Shown here in pieces: positions 35,724-48,480 of a stretch of DNA of 64,000 nucleotides. A program made the position numbers and the translations under genes. The notes beneath the pieces were generated by a model. The model saw nothing but the letters and a program-made list of their open reading frames with translations, did not search any database and was not told the DNA's origin. The DNA comes from Moniliella sp. 'wahieum' (taxonomy: Eukaryota): positions 186,001 to 250,000 of the forward strand of contig RSEE01000039.1 in the NCBI GenBank assembly GCA_003971905.1, written 5' to 3'. Position 1 is the first letter of the stretch. Every line of letters starts with the position of its first letter.

Positions 35724-36953
35724 ATTAACACACATTTATGGCTCGTTGAATGGTGAGTATAGGATGATCGAGATGATCGATGACTCGAGTTTCCCCCCTC
35801 CCCTGAATGTTATGACTTTACCACTGACTGCCTCACTTCACAACGTCTTGGAGAGCAAGCGTGGAGGAAATGCAGCAGAGGATGGATTCCAGGCGAATAT
35901 GGCCTACCTACCGTGGCCTTGGCCCTGGCTCTTCTTTTGATGGCAGGAACACCCTATGCCAAGAGCAGCAACCCCGGGCCTAAGCATATCACTGATCGAT
36001 GGGGGCATCCCCTCTACCGATGCTTTTCTATTCCTGTTCCATGGATGAATGTCAGTGCCAAGTCCTACAGTACCACCCGCCCTTGACCACCAGGTACAGC
36101 ATCTGCCCCGCGGCCGCATCATATCCCGGGTTAACAACCCGAACACCCGGGAACAGGTGCGGACAGACATAAAAAAGGGCGCAACGCGAGGGAGCGTGGA
36201 GAATGGTTGGGCCTTCGATCGCAATATGCCGCCGTGTACCTCGGCCCAACAGGGTCCCAGCCGAGAGGCATTCCAGCATCCACCTGCCGCCAAGCGCGAC
36301 GGCACTGGGGCCTGGGCACACAGCAGGGTTAGAATGCACATGGCGTAGCCCCCTTGGTATCCATCGGCTATGCGATGCTACTTTTTTCTCTTGTCCCCGA
36401 CCATGGCGCAGAACCGCGCTTAGGACGGATGCGGCGCAACCGTGAGCTGGTCAAGGGTGAGATGGAGACGAAGAGGCGTCGAAACGAGGATGGCATGGCG
36501 AGAGGCACCACGGATGTACGTGCGCGGCTCGGGTCATGTGCGGCAGTAGGAAGGGGGGCTTCAGGTAGCTTCCATCTGTAAAGCGTCGGAGGGGGTGGCA
36601 GCTGAGGAGGTGTAAGCAGCGAGAAGGCGCGGCACCTGCCTGAACTCAGGCCTGAACGAACGCCGTGGGGTGCGGTGTGCTGGGCTGGGCTGGACCATCC
36701 TTGCTATTGGCCAAAGCTGCAAGCCTTACTTGGTACTTAGTACTTACGTACGACTGCGGTGCGTGAATGCATGGTGGGTGATTTGCATGCATGATGCATG
36801 ATGGTGCGTCGGTCCGCAGGCGCTTTGCGTTGCTGGGCTGCGTCGGGCGGGTCGGCTGGCCACTGGCTGCGCTGGGCGCCACCGCTGCCTCGTTCGGCCA
36901 CCTGCTCCTGCTCTCGGCTGGAGTCTGAGCCTGCCCCGGAGCTCCCCTCGGCC

Positions 36954-37671
36954 ATGTCCAGCTGGTGGACCTCTCTCTTTGGCGGCGGCGCCAGCCGCAC
37001 CGCCCCGCGACGCCATTGTTGGGCTGCGCGAGAACTTGTTGATGCTCGACAAGAAGAACAGCATCTTACCCGCAAGATTGAGGAGCAGCAGGACAAGGCA
37101 CGCACCCTCGTCACCTCCAACCGCAAGGCCGCTGCCCAGGCTCTTCGCCAGAAGAAAGTGTTTGAGACGGAGCTGGAGCGGCTGTATGGCACTCGCATGA
37201 CCTTGGAGACCCAGGTGGCTGCGATCGAGTCGGCCAACATGAACCTGGAGACGATGCAGGCGATGAAGCGCGGTTCGGAGGCTCTCAAGCAGATCCATGG
37301 CTCGCTCAACATTGACAAGGTGGATGCCACCATGGACTCCATTCGGGAGCAGATGGATCTGACGAATGAGATCTCAGAGGCCATCTCGAACCCCGTTGGG
37401 ATGGGGCAGGATGTTGATGAGGTTCGTATCGATCTGGCCGGGCCACCCTGTTCCGAGTTGCTGAGTATGCTGTTCCCAGGACGAACTTCTCAACGAGTTG
37501 GAGGAGCTGGAGCAAAGATCTCAATGCTCGTCTGATTGGGGCCGACACCGTTCCCGTCACGTTCCCCAGACCGCCCAACCCGTGCATGCACCTCTCGGCC
37601 GCCCCCAGCGGTCTCAGGAGGAAGACGAAGAAGCGGAACTACGTGCTCTCCAGGCCGAGCTGGCTATGTGA
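36954..37671 (+). CDS. SNF7: ESCRT-III subunit Snf7/Vps32
   Basis: RDAIVGLRENLLMLDKK, LETQVAAIESANMNLETMQAMK, NIDKVDATMDSIREQMDLTNEISEAISNP, DE|DELLNELEELEQ, EEDEEAELRALQAELAM*. Intron 37422-37479. Several indels. Confidence 0.96.
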
Positions 37672-37986
37672 GAGCAAGTTGTGCGCTCTGTATTCCTCCT
37701 CACTCCTCTTTACCGATCGTTCCCTGGCTTACTTTGTCCTGGTACCTCTCTCTTTGGTCCTCCCCCATACCGGCAAGCCGAATCAAACCAGTTCTCGACA
37801 CCATACCCAGCTGGTTTGCTCGTTTGCAGGATGATAAGGAATGGGACCTCATGTTTATGCCTTCCTGCTTTGGACGTCCCTTGGCCATGCCTACGGGGCG
37901 TGCTGCCCGTGACGCGGGTACTCCCCATCCCCTTGTCCAGAGAGGATGGGGAATAATGTATACGCATCTCACCGAGTCTAGGTGGT

Positions 37987-38985
37987 CTAGAGTGAGTGTG
38001 TTCGTAGCCAAGCTGGAATCTCCTCCAACGAGCGTACCACGCCGGCATGCTCATCCTCACGTAGTCCATGTGCTGCAAGCTCCCGTTCAATCGCGTCGTT
38101 ATGCGGGCCGTGGGACAACCACCTCTGGTCGTCGCAACCAAAGCGCATTCAGTTTCGCCGCTCGGGCCGCCCGCACATCCTCCAAAAGATGGTCGCCAAC
38201 GTAGAGTACTTCGTTGGGTTGGATGGGAACCTGTTCCGACTGCGATGCGGCTTGGATGCAAGTAGCGAAAAAGGCTTCTGATGGTTTTTCCGCCGAATCG
38301 CATAACTCAATACGGCACGCGGCCAGAAAGGCGGGGGAGAAGGCTGAACCCCGGGGTAGTAGGGGTCGAGGTTAAGCCAGGTGGACAAGCCCAAATCGCG
38401 CATGGCACGTAATATGCGCGTGTCCGAGTTGCTCGCGATGCCCAACGCGACCGAAGGGCATTGAGCCCGGAGCGCAGCAAGGCCGGAGCTACATCGGGGA
38501 AGAGGGTGTAAGCTCGGTCGCTGGCGAACCGATCCAAAAGGACAGTTTGGAGTTCATCAGCGCCCTCACACCTGCTTCCTCTTGCGTCCCGTACGACAGG
38601 CGCAAAGGTTCGTGCAATAACCAGGGCCCACCATGCATCGGGGCCGGTGCGCGCACCTACTTCCGGCTCCGCCTCGATGTTCGTCCCCGCTCCATAGAGA
38701 GGATGGGCGGACGAGACGCTCTTTAATGCGTTTCGGAACGAGGTTCGGACAGCAGCGGTGCTTAGTTGTGCTTCGGTGGTCTTTTGTTGGGCCCCACTGG
38801 TGGCCAGATAGGGAAGGAGGACGCGACGTGCTTCTTCCGCCTGGAATAGCCGGGAGAGAAGATGAGTTACGATCGCCCGAAAAGCGGGGGCAAAGCACGC
38901 ACATATTGCTCGTCGGGGGGAGGCGGGGATGAAGGAGTGTGTCGAACGCATCGAACAGAAGCAAGCGAATCCTTGGTTGGCTCAT
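37987..38985 (-). CDS. HAD-superfamily hydrolase, HDHD3/REG-2-like
   Basis: Motif I IRLLLFDAFDTLL, YTLFPDVAPAL, motif II GIASNSDTRI, KP motif, and VGDHLLEDV..A..A.LNALWL motif IV after frame repair. Confidence 0.88.
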
Positions 38986-39879
38986 TTGGGACAAAGCAGC
39001 AACAGTGCAGTGGTGGTTAAAACGACGATTCCTTGGACGCACACGCCGAAAATAGCAGGTCATCGGCCAATAATGATGAACTCGAGCGGCGTTACCATGT
39101 TACCGGCGTACGTAAATTACCCCGTAGCGGTGACATGTGACACCTGGGTGACATTGATGCACGACAATCGCTTGACTAGGCTGCTGCCCAGACCCAAAGG
39201 CACTAGGCCGATCCGTGTCGTAGCTTGCGTTGCGTGCGCGCTTTTGTCCCTTGTTGCTTCCTCCTGCGCGGTTGGTGTCCTATCCCTCACCAGTACTTCG
39301 TTTTCGCTTCACTCAAACAACCGTTGTTTTTCCACGCCCCTTCATCATCTCATCAAATGCCAACGGTTCTTCCCTATACCATTTCGAGATGTTTTGGGAT
39401 TTCATGCAGGGGATGTTCACGGTGAGAGAGACGGAGACAAACCCCAAGAAACCAAAAGAATTATGCAGTGTATGACTATAGGTAGCATCCCTCAAGCGGG
39501 TCAGGTTCGATCGTATAAGGCTGGGTGACATGGGGGTGGAACAACTGCAGAAACGAGGGAAGGAGAGAGGGGAAACGAGAGTGGCCGCTTTGTGGGCAAA
39601 AGGATCCGTCCAAAAACGGAAGTGGTACACAAAAGCGTCGAGAGCAGGCAAAGTAGGCAACCAAAAAGGGAACCAAAGGGAATAGGTAGGAGGGTACCGG
39701 ATATCACGTCAGATCTCGAAGAGCAGTAGAGAATAGGAAGCGGGAGGAACGGGCAATAGGGGGCACAAGAGCGAGTCAAGAGTGGATGGAAGGTAAGAAT
39801 GGCACAAATTGGGTAGGAGAAGTGATCCGAGAGTCTCGATCCGAAATCGATCATAGATCATGCACATGGATCATGTCGA

Positions 39880-42800
39880 TCATGTCTTTGTGCCCCGTTT
39901 GCGGAAGAAGGAGCCAAAGAAACTTTTCTTGGGTTTGAGCGTTGGGGCAGCACCCATCCTTTCTGACGGGTACAAGGTGCCACCCCCGGGGGAAGGGTAC
40001 TGGGGTGCAAGTCCGGAAGAGAGATTGGGAGGAGCGGCGGCGGCAGTCGTACCTGGGGCCGGGTAGAGGTGAGGGTGACCTGTATAGCCTTGTCTGAGAG
40101 GGGCGTGGGACTCCACCCCCTGGGACCGGGGAGGGGTGGCGGCCACAGTCACAGTCGGGGGAGACGGCAATGGTGCGCGGCAGGGGGCGACTTGCTGTGG
40201 GTGGCCGAACGAGCGAGGGAGCGCAGTCTGTCAGCCGAAGCAAAAGAGCGGAGACTCCGCTTAGGTTGGCGCTTGGAAGGACCTTGAGGATTTCCCGTTC
40301 CCTTTGTCAAGGGAGGGGCTTGGAAGTGCACAGCGGAAGGCGAGTGACCTGGCACCATCCCCTTCCCCGAGGAAGGAGTTGACACTGTCGAAGAAGGGTT
40401 AACTGTCGGGAACGACTGACCTCCTCCCGTTGAGCAGGAAAGGCGAGAGAGAGGAGCCTGTTCAGCATGGCTCGAGCCAATAGGGTACGCTGGGATCCTG
40501 GTGGAGGCGCCAGAATGGTGAGGGCCATACTGGCTTGGATCCATCGGATTCGTGGCCATGTGCATCCCCGAAAAGGCATATGTATCGTCGGCTGAGATCG
40601 AGAAGAGAGGGCGCGTAGGCATCGTGTTTGTCTGAGATTAGATGAGGAGGGTAGCCATGCTCAGCGTAACCACCCGCAGCCGGGTGCCGGCTAGCATTCT
40701 CCTCAGGCCCAGCTGGCAGGGCCATCTTAGGCGGGGGGTGAGGTGGCGGGGCATACAACTGTCCGTGGTGGTAAGGAGGTTGATACGACCCTCTCGTGAG
40801 GTTCAAGGATTTGCGGTGCGTAACGAGTGGAAGTGGGTGGTGGAAGAGGGGTGCCAGACGGGTCGGTGGCATACGAGTATTCAGCCAGGAAGTTGCTCGC
40901 CCAGACGGAGAGCTCCAAGGGCGTGAGAGGTTGCTTCTTGTGGTGCTCCGACAAGGCTTGCAGCGCTGCGCCGGATAACAGGTCTTGTGAGGGGCCAGGC
41001 CGTTCAGGGGCACCAAAGCGTTGTCGCACGTCGGCGGGGCCGGTTCGCCGCTGTCGCCGTAGCGGAGCTCGAGCATGCTTTGTCTCCCACGCAGACCAGG
41101 GTGCGAAGTTCCATTGGGACGCCGAGCCTCACCCCCCATCTGATCCCATCGCTGCAGCGAGGAAGGAGTCTCTCCCTGCTCCAACGTATTAGCCCGTCTC
41201 CGTCCTGTCCACACAGGCCGCTGGTCATCCCAAGAGGGGGAAACGGCTGTCTCTTCCCACCGGGATGGGGGAGTTGCGCCGTTCTTGCCCCTTCGCCAGT
41301 CATGGGGTTTGCCGACGTCGCTAGAGAAAATGGCTGGACCGACGAGAACATGGACAACGGTCTAGGCTGGGATGATATGGCCGACGGGGCAGGGTGATGA
41401 ACGGTCGTAGAAGCGGAGCGATGCAGAGGGTTATTTTGGTTGTGCATCGCCTGTTCGTCACCCCAATTTTGATTCCTACCCCACTCCACGGGGCCTGTCG
41501 AAGCGGCCATAGGCAAATTCGGGGTAGAGGGAACGTTGCGCAACGGACGCCCGGCCGGGTTGGCTTGGGGCTGGAGAGTTGCGGGGTGGATCTGAGACGG
41601 ATTTGGCTGAGGTTCAAAGGAAGAGGGATAGTGGGAGTGTTCCTCCCCCTCCTCTTGCACAGGAAGAGCCATGATCCCGGCCGAAGCGAACGGCGCCCGA
41701 GATGAAAGATCAGAAAGAGAATAGACTCGGGGCCGACCCATACCAACTCTCCCGGCGGGGAGATCAGCAGCATCACGAGCAGGATGAATGTTAGACACGC
41801 TCGGCGCGCCTGCTGTTCCTCGGAATAAGAAGTAAACGAAGGAGAACGGTACGGTCGTTGCTCCAAAGGAGCATAGGTGGAAGCCAACCCACGTCCATTA
41901 TGTGCGCTCTGGTATAGTTCTCCGTGCGACCGAACGGGACGCAAGGGGCGGACAGGTCCGGCTGGCAGGGATTGGAGTGCAGTCTGTGAGGCAGGGAATG
42001 ACCGCAAGGGCGGCGCTGGGTACCCCTGGGTCCCATAGGTCTCCCGTGGGGTAGAGCTGCGGGAGGGTGCGAGGGAGGAGGAGGAGGAAGGGACGAGGCG
42101 CAAGCGAGGGTGCTTCATGAGTGGCGTCTCGGTTGCTGTGCTGGCGCGCGAGTCCACCTCCGACACTGTACTCAGCCGAGAAATGACTGGCTGGGACGCA
42201 GCACTCTGCCCCTCGGCGGCATGCCGGGCAGACGAGGGAGGATATTGTCATCCTCCCCCTGACCTCCTCATCCATGGAAGATCCCAGCGGGGCAAAGGGC
42301 AAGGTGGAGGAAGGTTGGGCCTCATCAGGCGGGGGACCAGGCTGGAATTGTGCGGGTACGGGTGCGTCGCGGGGATGCGATAGGATAGTTGATTCCTTAG
42401 TTTGGTGCAGTTCTTCATGATCCAAAGGTACCAACGGAGAATCGGATTTGGTGGGCCCATTACTGCGCTCCAGGGGAGAGGAGGGGGGACAATTGCACTG
42501 CCGTGTCGATCATCAGGGGAGGGTTGGTCAAACGGAGAGGCCAGGATGCGAACGTGGTCTGGGGCTGTAGTAGAGCTCCGACGTTGGGCGGGAGAGGAAG
42601 CAGAGTCATGCGAAGATTCGACCTTGCCTACTGTCTTCTCTTCCTCGTACAGGGTAACTTTGTCCGAGCGAGGACGGGCGTGTACTTTGCCCCCGCTGGG
42701 GACTCTCTTTGTCCGTAACAGTGGATTGCGAGCCACTCCAGGCCAACGCCGGTGTGATGGGCGATATATGCGAGGATGACTCGGCAGTAGACGTCCCATT

Positions 42801-44300
42801 GGACGGAGGAGGCACCTCTTCCGATAACAGCGACCGATCCGAGACGCTGGGCTGGATAGGCATAGATGGTGGGCAGGGACCATCTCGGGCGTGACTTGAT
42901 CGGCCAAGTAGGACGATGCCGGAGAACGAAGAACTGGGTGGGAGGTGATGCTATCTCCAGGCGTCCGTGGTAACGTATTCCGCTCTCGCATCTGTGTGGC
43001 GCTGGACTGGGTTTCCGTTTCCTCTATTGAAGTCGATGACCCCAGTCCCGAGAGAGAGGCGAGAGGTGGGGTGAGGGCGCCGTTTCCACGTGGCAAGACC
43101 AGCACATCCCACCGATTCGTATCTTGAGCGTCAAGCTGAAAGGAGACGGTCAGTATTAATATGCGTGGGACATCCATAACGTTACGTACCGCTCGACAAT
43201 GCTGGGAGAGTCTCTCGGACGTCAAGGCATACGTGGGCGCGACACGATGCACCGCAACTTTGCCTCCGGCAAGCATTTTCACCTTGGGAGTCCGCGAAGA
43301 AGAGGCAGTCTCCCCCGACGAACTCAAATGCCGCGCTTCAATCTCCGCCTCTACCTGCAAAGCGTCGCGAAAGTCTTGGTCTGACGCGCGGGCCCAAGCA
43401 TGCTGCCCCATCACATGCACTCCCATCAGATCCGTCTCCCGCTCAGCACACTGCGAGCAGTCGGCACACAGTGGGCTCCCCTCCTCTCTCGAGCAGAGTT
43501 GTTTCCAGTACCAAGTTCCTCGACGCGAAGGGAGGTGGGACTAGAAAGGGGCTGGGCAGTTTCAAACGTGTCCCCGCTCGAAGCGCATGAGATGCTCCTG
43601 GCGGATGAGAGACAGGCCACACCGTCTCCTGCGCTCTCGACATGGGAGGAATGGTGCTGCGGCGATCGCTCTTGCGGCTGGTGAGAGGCAGGTCCAAGGG
43701 TAGCGATTGCGACAGTGGCATCTTGGACGAGGTCTCGGTCGTAGCAGTGTCGTCAGGCCGGAAAAGTGGGAGGCGGATGAAGCAGAAATAGAGTCTTGCG
43801 GCGTCCTGTGCCGCAAAAGAGAGTCCGGCTCACGCACTCCTGGCTGGCTGCGGGCGGGGGAGAGTGGGATGCAAGGCGGTCCACGACACGGGGTGATGGA
43901 TCGGGAACGGAGGCCCGACTACTCGGCTCGGGTGGGGTGCTGCCGTCCGGATCGCCGGTGGAGGAGCCATCAAGTCCAGTGCTGAGTCATTCCACAGGAC
44001 CGACGAGCGGGCTGAGGAAGACCGGCCGTCCGAGTCTTCCTGCTCCATTTCGTCGGCCTCGGCCTCGGCTTGCGCCTCAACCGAGGCGGATACCTCAAGG
44101 CCGTGGGGAGCGAGGCGTAGGGCACCCCACCCACGGTCCACTGGTGCATGCTCGCCGACCACTGTTGGGGCGGCGGATGCGATAGACTGTGCGGGGCGGC
44201 GAGCATAGCACGCGGCGGTGTGATGGTGGGAGAGAGGAAAGGCGGAGGCGGGGCGTCCAGTGCGCGTGAAGCTGTGAAGCTTGAAGCTTGAAGGGGCCAC
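39880..44300 (-). CDS. Large Ser/Pro-rich, largely disordered hypothetical protein (fragmented; start uncertain)
   Basis: About 4.4 kb chain of overlapping minus-strand S/P-rich ORFs (43830..44300, 42248..43426, 41321..42166, 41004..41798, 40149..40622, 39880..40170) ending KPKKSFFGSFFRKRGTKT*. Intron-like GTACGT..CTGAC..CAG near 43136-43189. Confidence 0.55.
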
Positions 44301-46270
44301 GGCATCACAAGGGACAGGTTACGAGTACGTAGAAGCGCTGGCGCTTCCTATCAACGGATCAACCATTCGGGTTGCTTTGCTAGGGCAAAAGCGGTTCCTG
44401 TGCGCGAGCGTTTTTCATGGACCACGTGTCTCGGAGGCTGGAGGGGCAGTGTAGGGATGGGTCTCAGATCGCATCTGAGAAGTAATCGATCTGCGTGGGC
44501 CAGCAGGGTGCAGCCTGGAGACGCCAGCTAGAGAGCGTCCTAAGACTTCCATTGAAGACTGGGTACGTTGAGTGGGGAGCTGTGAATATGACTGAGGAAG
44601 GGGCTGCACAACGAGGCGGCTCCCCCGGCGAAACAGCTGTGGGAAGGATGGGTGCTGCGTGGTGCAGGCTGGGTGCGCAAGGCGAGAGATAATGTGCGCT
44701 GGGCGTTGCAGGCGGGCGGTGTGCCTGGGTACGGATGATCGATGAGTGATTAGTGATTCCACCAGTGCGCAATTATGCCGTGGGGAGCCAACCCTAGCCG
44801 CTGGGGATGCGCGGACTGGCGGCAAGCCACAGGACCCACTGACGGGCACACTGCCTGCGTCCGCACCCTGCCCCGGCCACATCAGATGCAGCAGCAGCCT
44901 CAGCCCCAGAGCGGAGCCGCCGGGGCCAAGGCGCCACGGGGCGTTTCAAATTTCAAGGCTCCGGCGACACCCTGCGCCAGCCACAGTCACAGTCACTGTG
45001 CCCCCACGCCCAGCAGCAGCTGCTGTGGTTCGGCGCCCCTTCCCATCCAGCCCTTTCCACGCTGGCTGTCCGGAGCGATGCGGCGGGATCTACATACACG
45101 CCCCTCCAGCCCTCGGATTTGCAACGGCAGTGCGGGTTTTGCACAAGGGAAGCGCACGCACATACTCTGTTGGCACCCTCTTGGCCGACGGGTCCTCTCC
45201 CTCCCATTCAGGCAACCCTGCTGGTTCACGCACCCCAGCGCTCAGCCGCTCAGCTCAGCACAACACTCTCGAGTAACTCATTGTTCACGCTCAGTCGCCT
45301 GCAGATGTCTCCGCCTATAGCGTAAGCAAACAATGATCAGCACCTCGACGACCTCGAGGAACGTCCGCTAGCTGAACGTCGGTGGACGAGGAAGGAAACA
45401 ATGTCACTTTTTCGCAAGAGAAAATGCGGCACACACAACGGCGCAGCAGCAGTGCAGTCTGTATAAGCGTGAGCGGTGCGTCCACGTCGTCAATTATCAA
45501 CGCAACGTCAACACTCGTTGAGTTCAACTTGAACGGTCAACCGTGTCAACGTTTAACGTCAAATGCGGAACGTTGTCAAGGGCCGCAGTGTGTAGAGGAA
45601 AACCAAGGAAACGAGTTGTGGTGTTGGTGGAAAATCAGTGGAGGGTTCAACGTTCATGATCAACGAATGATTAATGAAAGCTCGCCTACACAGCCTGGCT
45701 ACAGCACCACTGCCCAGTCTGGCCAGTAAAAGGAGAGCCACTCGCCCGGGCTGTGACGCGGTGAGATGGAGACGTTTGTTGCCATAAGGCTCCGTGGGAC
45801 ATTAGCCATTACCCATTCGTCCTTTTACACCTTAAAGAGCCTATATAACCAAAACAACCAGTAAGGTCCCCTACCCAGACACAGCACACCATCCTGTGAC
45901 TTCTGCCGCAAGCGCCGCAGGTGCACTCCGTCCGTGCGAAGGAAGACATGGTATCGATAAAAGTCACGACGGCAAAAACGGAGAGCGGAGAAGCATTGGC
46001 CTGTCTGGCTGGTACGCCAGGCAGAAGAACATCATGGCCATGCGGAGGGAGCGAAGACGGCACTGCGGCCGAACGACGCCAGACAAGGGCATAGGAAGCC
46101 ATGCGAGTGTGAGCATATGCATGAGATCTGAGGTCTGAGGTCATCAAAGGTGAGCGGCAGAGCTAGGAAGTCCGTCTGCGCGGCTATCATCCTCCCAGGA
46201 CAATCGCATGCTCTGAGCAGACGCAGCGCGGCGAGAGGCGAGGAAATGGAAAGGTGTCGGGGGGGGGGAG

Positions 46271-47733
46271 CTAGGACAGAGCGCGGCGGGCTGGCATGAA
46301 GGCACGCAAGCCCTCCACTCTAGTTCGTCGGACCACAGCGAACGTAGCGAGGCAATTCGGGGATAGGCATGGGCATGGGATGAAAATCGAGCCAAATCCT
46401 TCAGAGCTGCAAGTCAACAGCATCGATGACCATCGCTGCCACCGCATGCACCGCATGCACCGCTCATACTTGTCCCGACCGAGCGCGGCGAACAATTCCT
46501 GGACGTCCCGTACAGCCCGGTCGATTTGCTGGTCGAGAGCGGAAGGGGTGCCGGGGGAGAGGAGGTAGTGCGATGCGAGCGGCAGTTTGCGTGGTGTTGG
46601 TACCGCTCCTGTCGAACGAGGTGAGGAGACAAATTTGGACGCGCCTGGGTGAGGCGAAGCAGGGACGGAAGCGGCGGTCGCCTTGGACAAGTCGGCACTG
46701 AGGACCGGGACCTTGTTCTTCAACAGGCCCAGCAGTCGATCCCGTTGTGTCTGCCACTGATCCAAGACGGCCAACAGGTCCCCCGCTCGGCCTCGCGTTG
46801 ATCTGCCAACCCCTCCATCTTGGCTGTCTTTTCCCTCACGGTAGCCAACTCAGCTTGGCGCTCTTGCGTGCGTGCCTGTGCCGCAGACCGAATGGCGTCC
46901 AGTTGGGTGGCCCAAGCCGGACGCGTGGTATCCCACGCAGCTTGCAGCGCATCCATCTGGACATTTAACCGCTCACACCCACGTGCCACATCGGCACATT
47001 CCTTCTCCAGCGCCTCTACGCGCGCATCCCACTCTGACCCAGCCTTCTCAAGTTCCGCCGTCTGGGCTTCCGCACGCTCTGCCTGCCTTGGCCGTCGCAT
47101 CGGCCAGCGCCGATGTCCGGTCCTGCACTTCGGCGCGGATCTGTTCCGATCGCGCCCGCATCTCTGGCACAGCCTTGCGTGCCGCGCCCAACTCCGCCTC
47201 GGAGGCGGTACGATCGCGCTGCGCACGAGCCAAGGCGCCACGGGCAGTGGTACGCTGCGTGCGCAAGTCAGCCAGTTCCCCCGCTAGACCAACAATCACC
47301 TTCTGCGAACCCGGAAGGGAATTGAGGCTGGCAGGTGGTGCAGAAGAAAGGTGAGAGAGACTGGCACCTGAGCCGACTCGGCCGGCAAACGCAGTGAGAC
47401 CAGCGGGACCGCGCCTTTCCCCATTGGGACCGAGACGAGCGGAAGCACTGCGCTCCCTAGGGGGCGACGCAGGGGAGGTCTGCCCGACACTCGAGGAGGA
47501 ATGGGAGGGGGAAATAAGCTCGGGAAGCGGAGGATCATCCTCCTCCTTCACAGCCACCTCGAGGGCGTGGAGCAGAGCGTCCTGGTCGGCCAGCGCGGCT
47601 TCTAGCACCGCAATCTGCTCGTCTGGGTTGCCAGGGACTGGCGGGGGCGGGGGGAGGGGTCAGACAGCAGAGAAGAAGAGGCATGGGGGGAGAGCGTACG
47701 GTGGTTGGCTCGTGGTTGCGGAGTCGTGGCCAT
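46271..47733 (-). CDS. Hypothetical coiled-coil protein (fragmented)
   Basis: Heptad-like A/E/R/Q-rich segments (EQIAVLEAALADQDALLHALE, AEAQTAELEKAGSEWDARVEALEKE, QQIDRAVRDVQELFAAL) in consecutive minus-strand ORFs. Family not recognised. Confidence 0.6.
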
Positions 47734-48480
47734 GGTGGGGCGATGGAGGAAGATGAGCGTGGCGAGGCAGCGGCACCCAAGGCCGCGTTGGAGCGTTGGC
47801 TTAAGCGTGCGTACTAAGCGCGTAAGGCTGAGCCTGTGCTGCTACGCCCCTGTCCGCCTGCCAGCTGAAACAAATCCGCCGTGGGGCAACAATTCCGCCC
47901 GGGGGGACTGGAGCGCACTGCAGCGTCTGGCGGCACCGCAGCCTACACAACCAACACCAACCACCGTGGGCCTGTGGGATTGATGCTCTGCTGCGCATAC
48001 TGGCGCGCTCATCCAGCGTGTGCTGCCAGCTCGTCCCAACCAATCAGGAAGCCAAGGGCGTGGCTACCGACAGCTCAGGACCCTCTATATAGCTTCACCC
48101 CCCATTCTCCGGGCAAAGGCAACTCAAAACAAAGGGCAAAGGGACTTCGCAGCTGACCGTGTCGAATTGCCATTGCTTCGCTGGACGAAGAACGAACGGC
48201 CGAGGAACCATGACGTATGAAACCCACTGGCTTCCCCGGGTCCTATAGCCATGTACATGTACCGACCGATCTATCGTGCTTAGATAGGAATGAGATATCC
48301 CCGCACTACACACAGAGGACATCTTGAGCAAATGAAAGAGCGTGGTTGTAGGTTATGTTGGTGCGGACCGAGGACGATCGTCAATACAGGAGGCACCACA
48401 TCCTTTTGTTCATCTAGCCCTGGAACAGTAAGTCCGAGGTGGACGAATTATGTTTCCAGAAAGTGCTGATAGGCCTGGCG

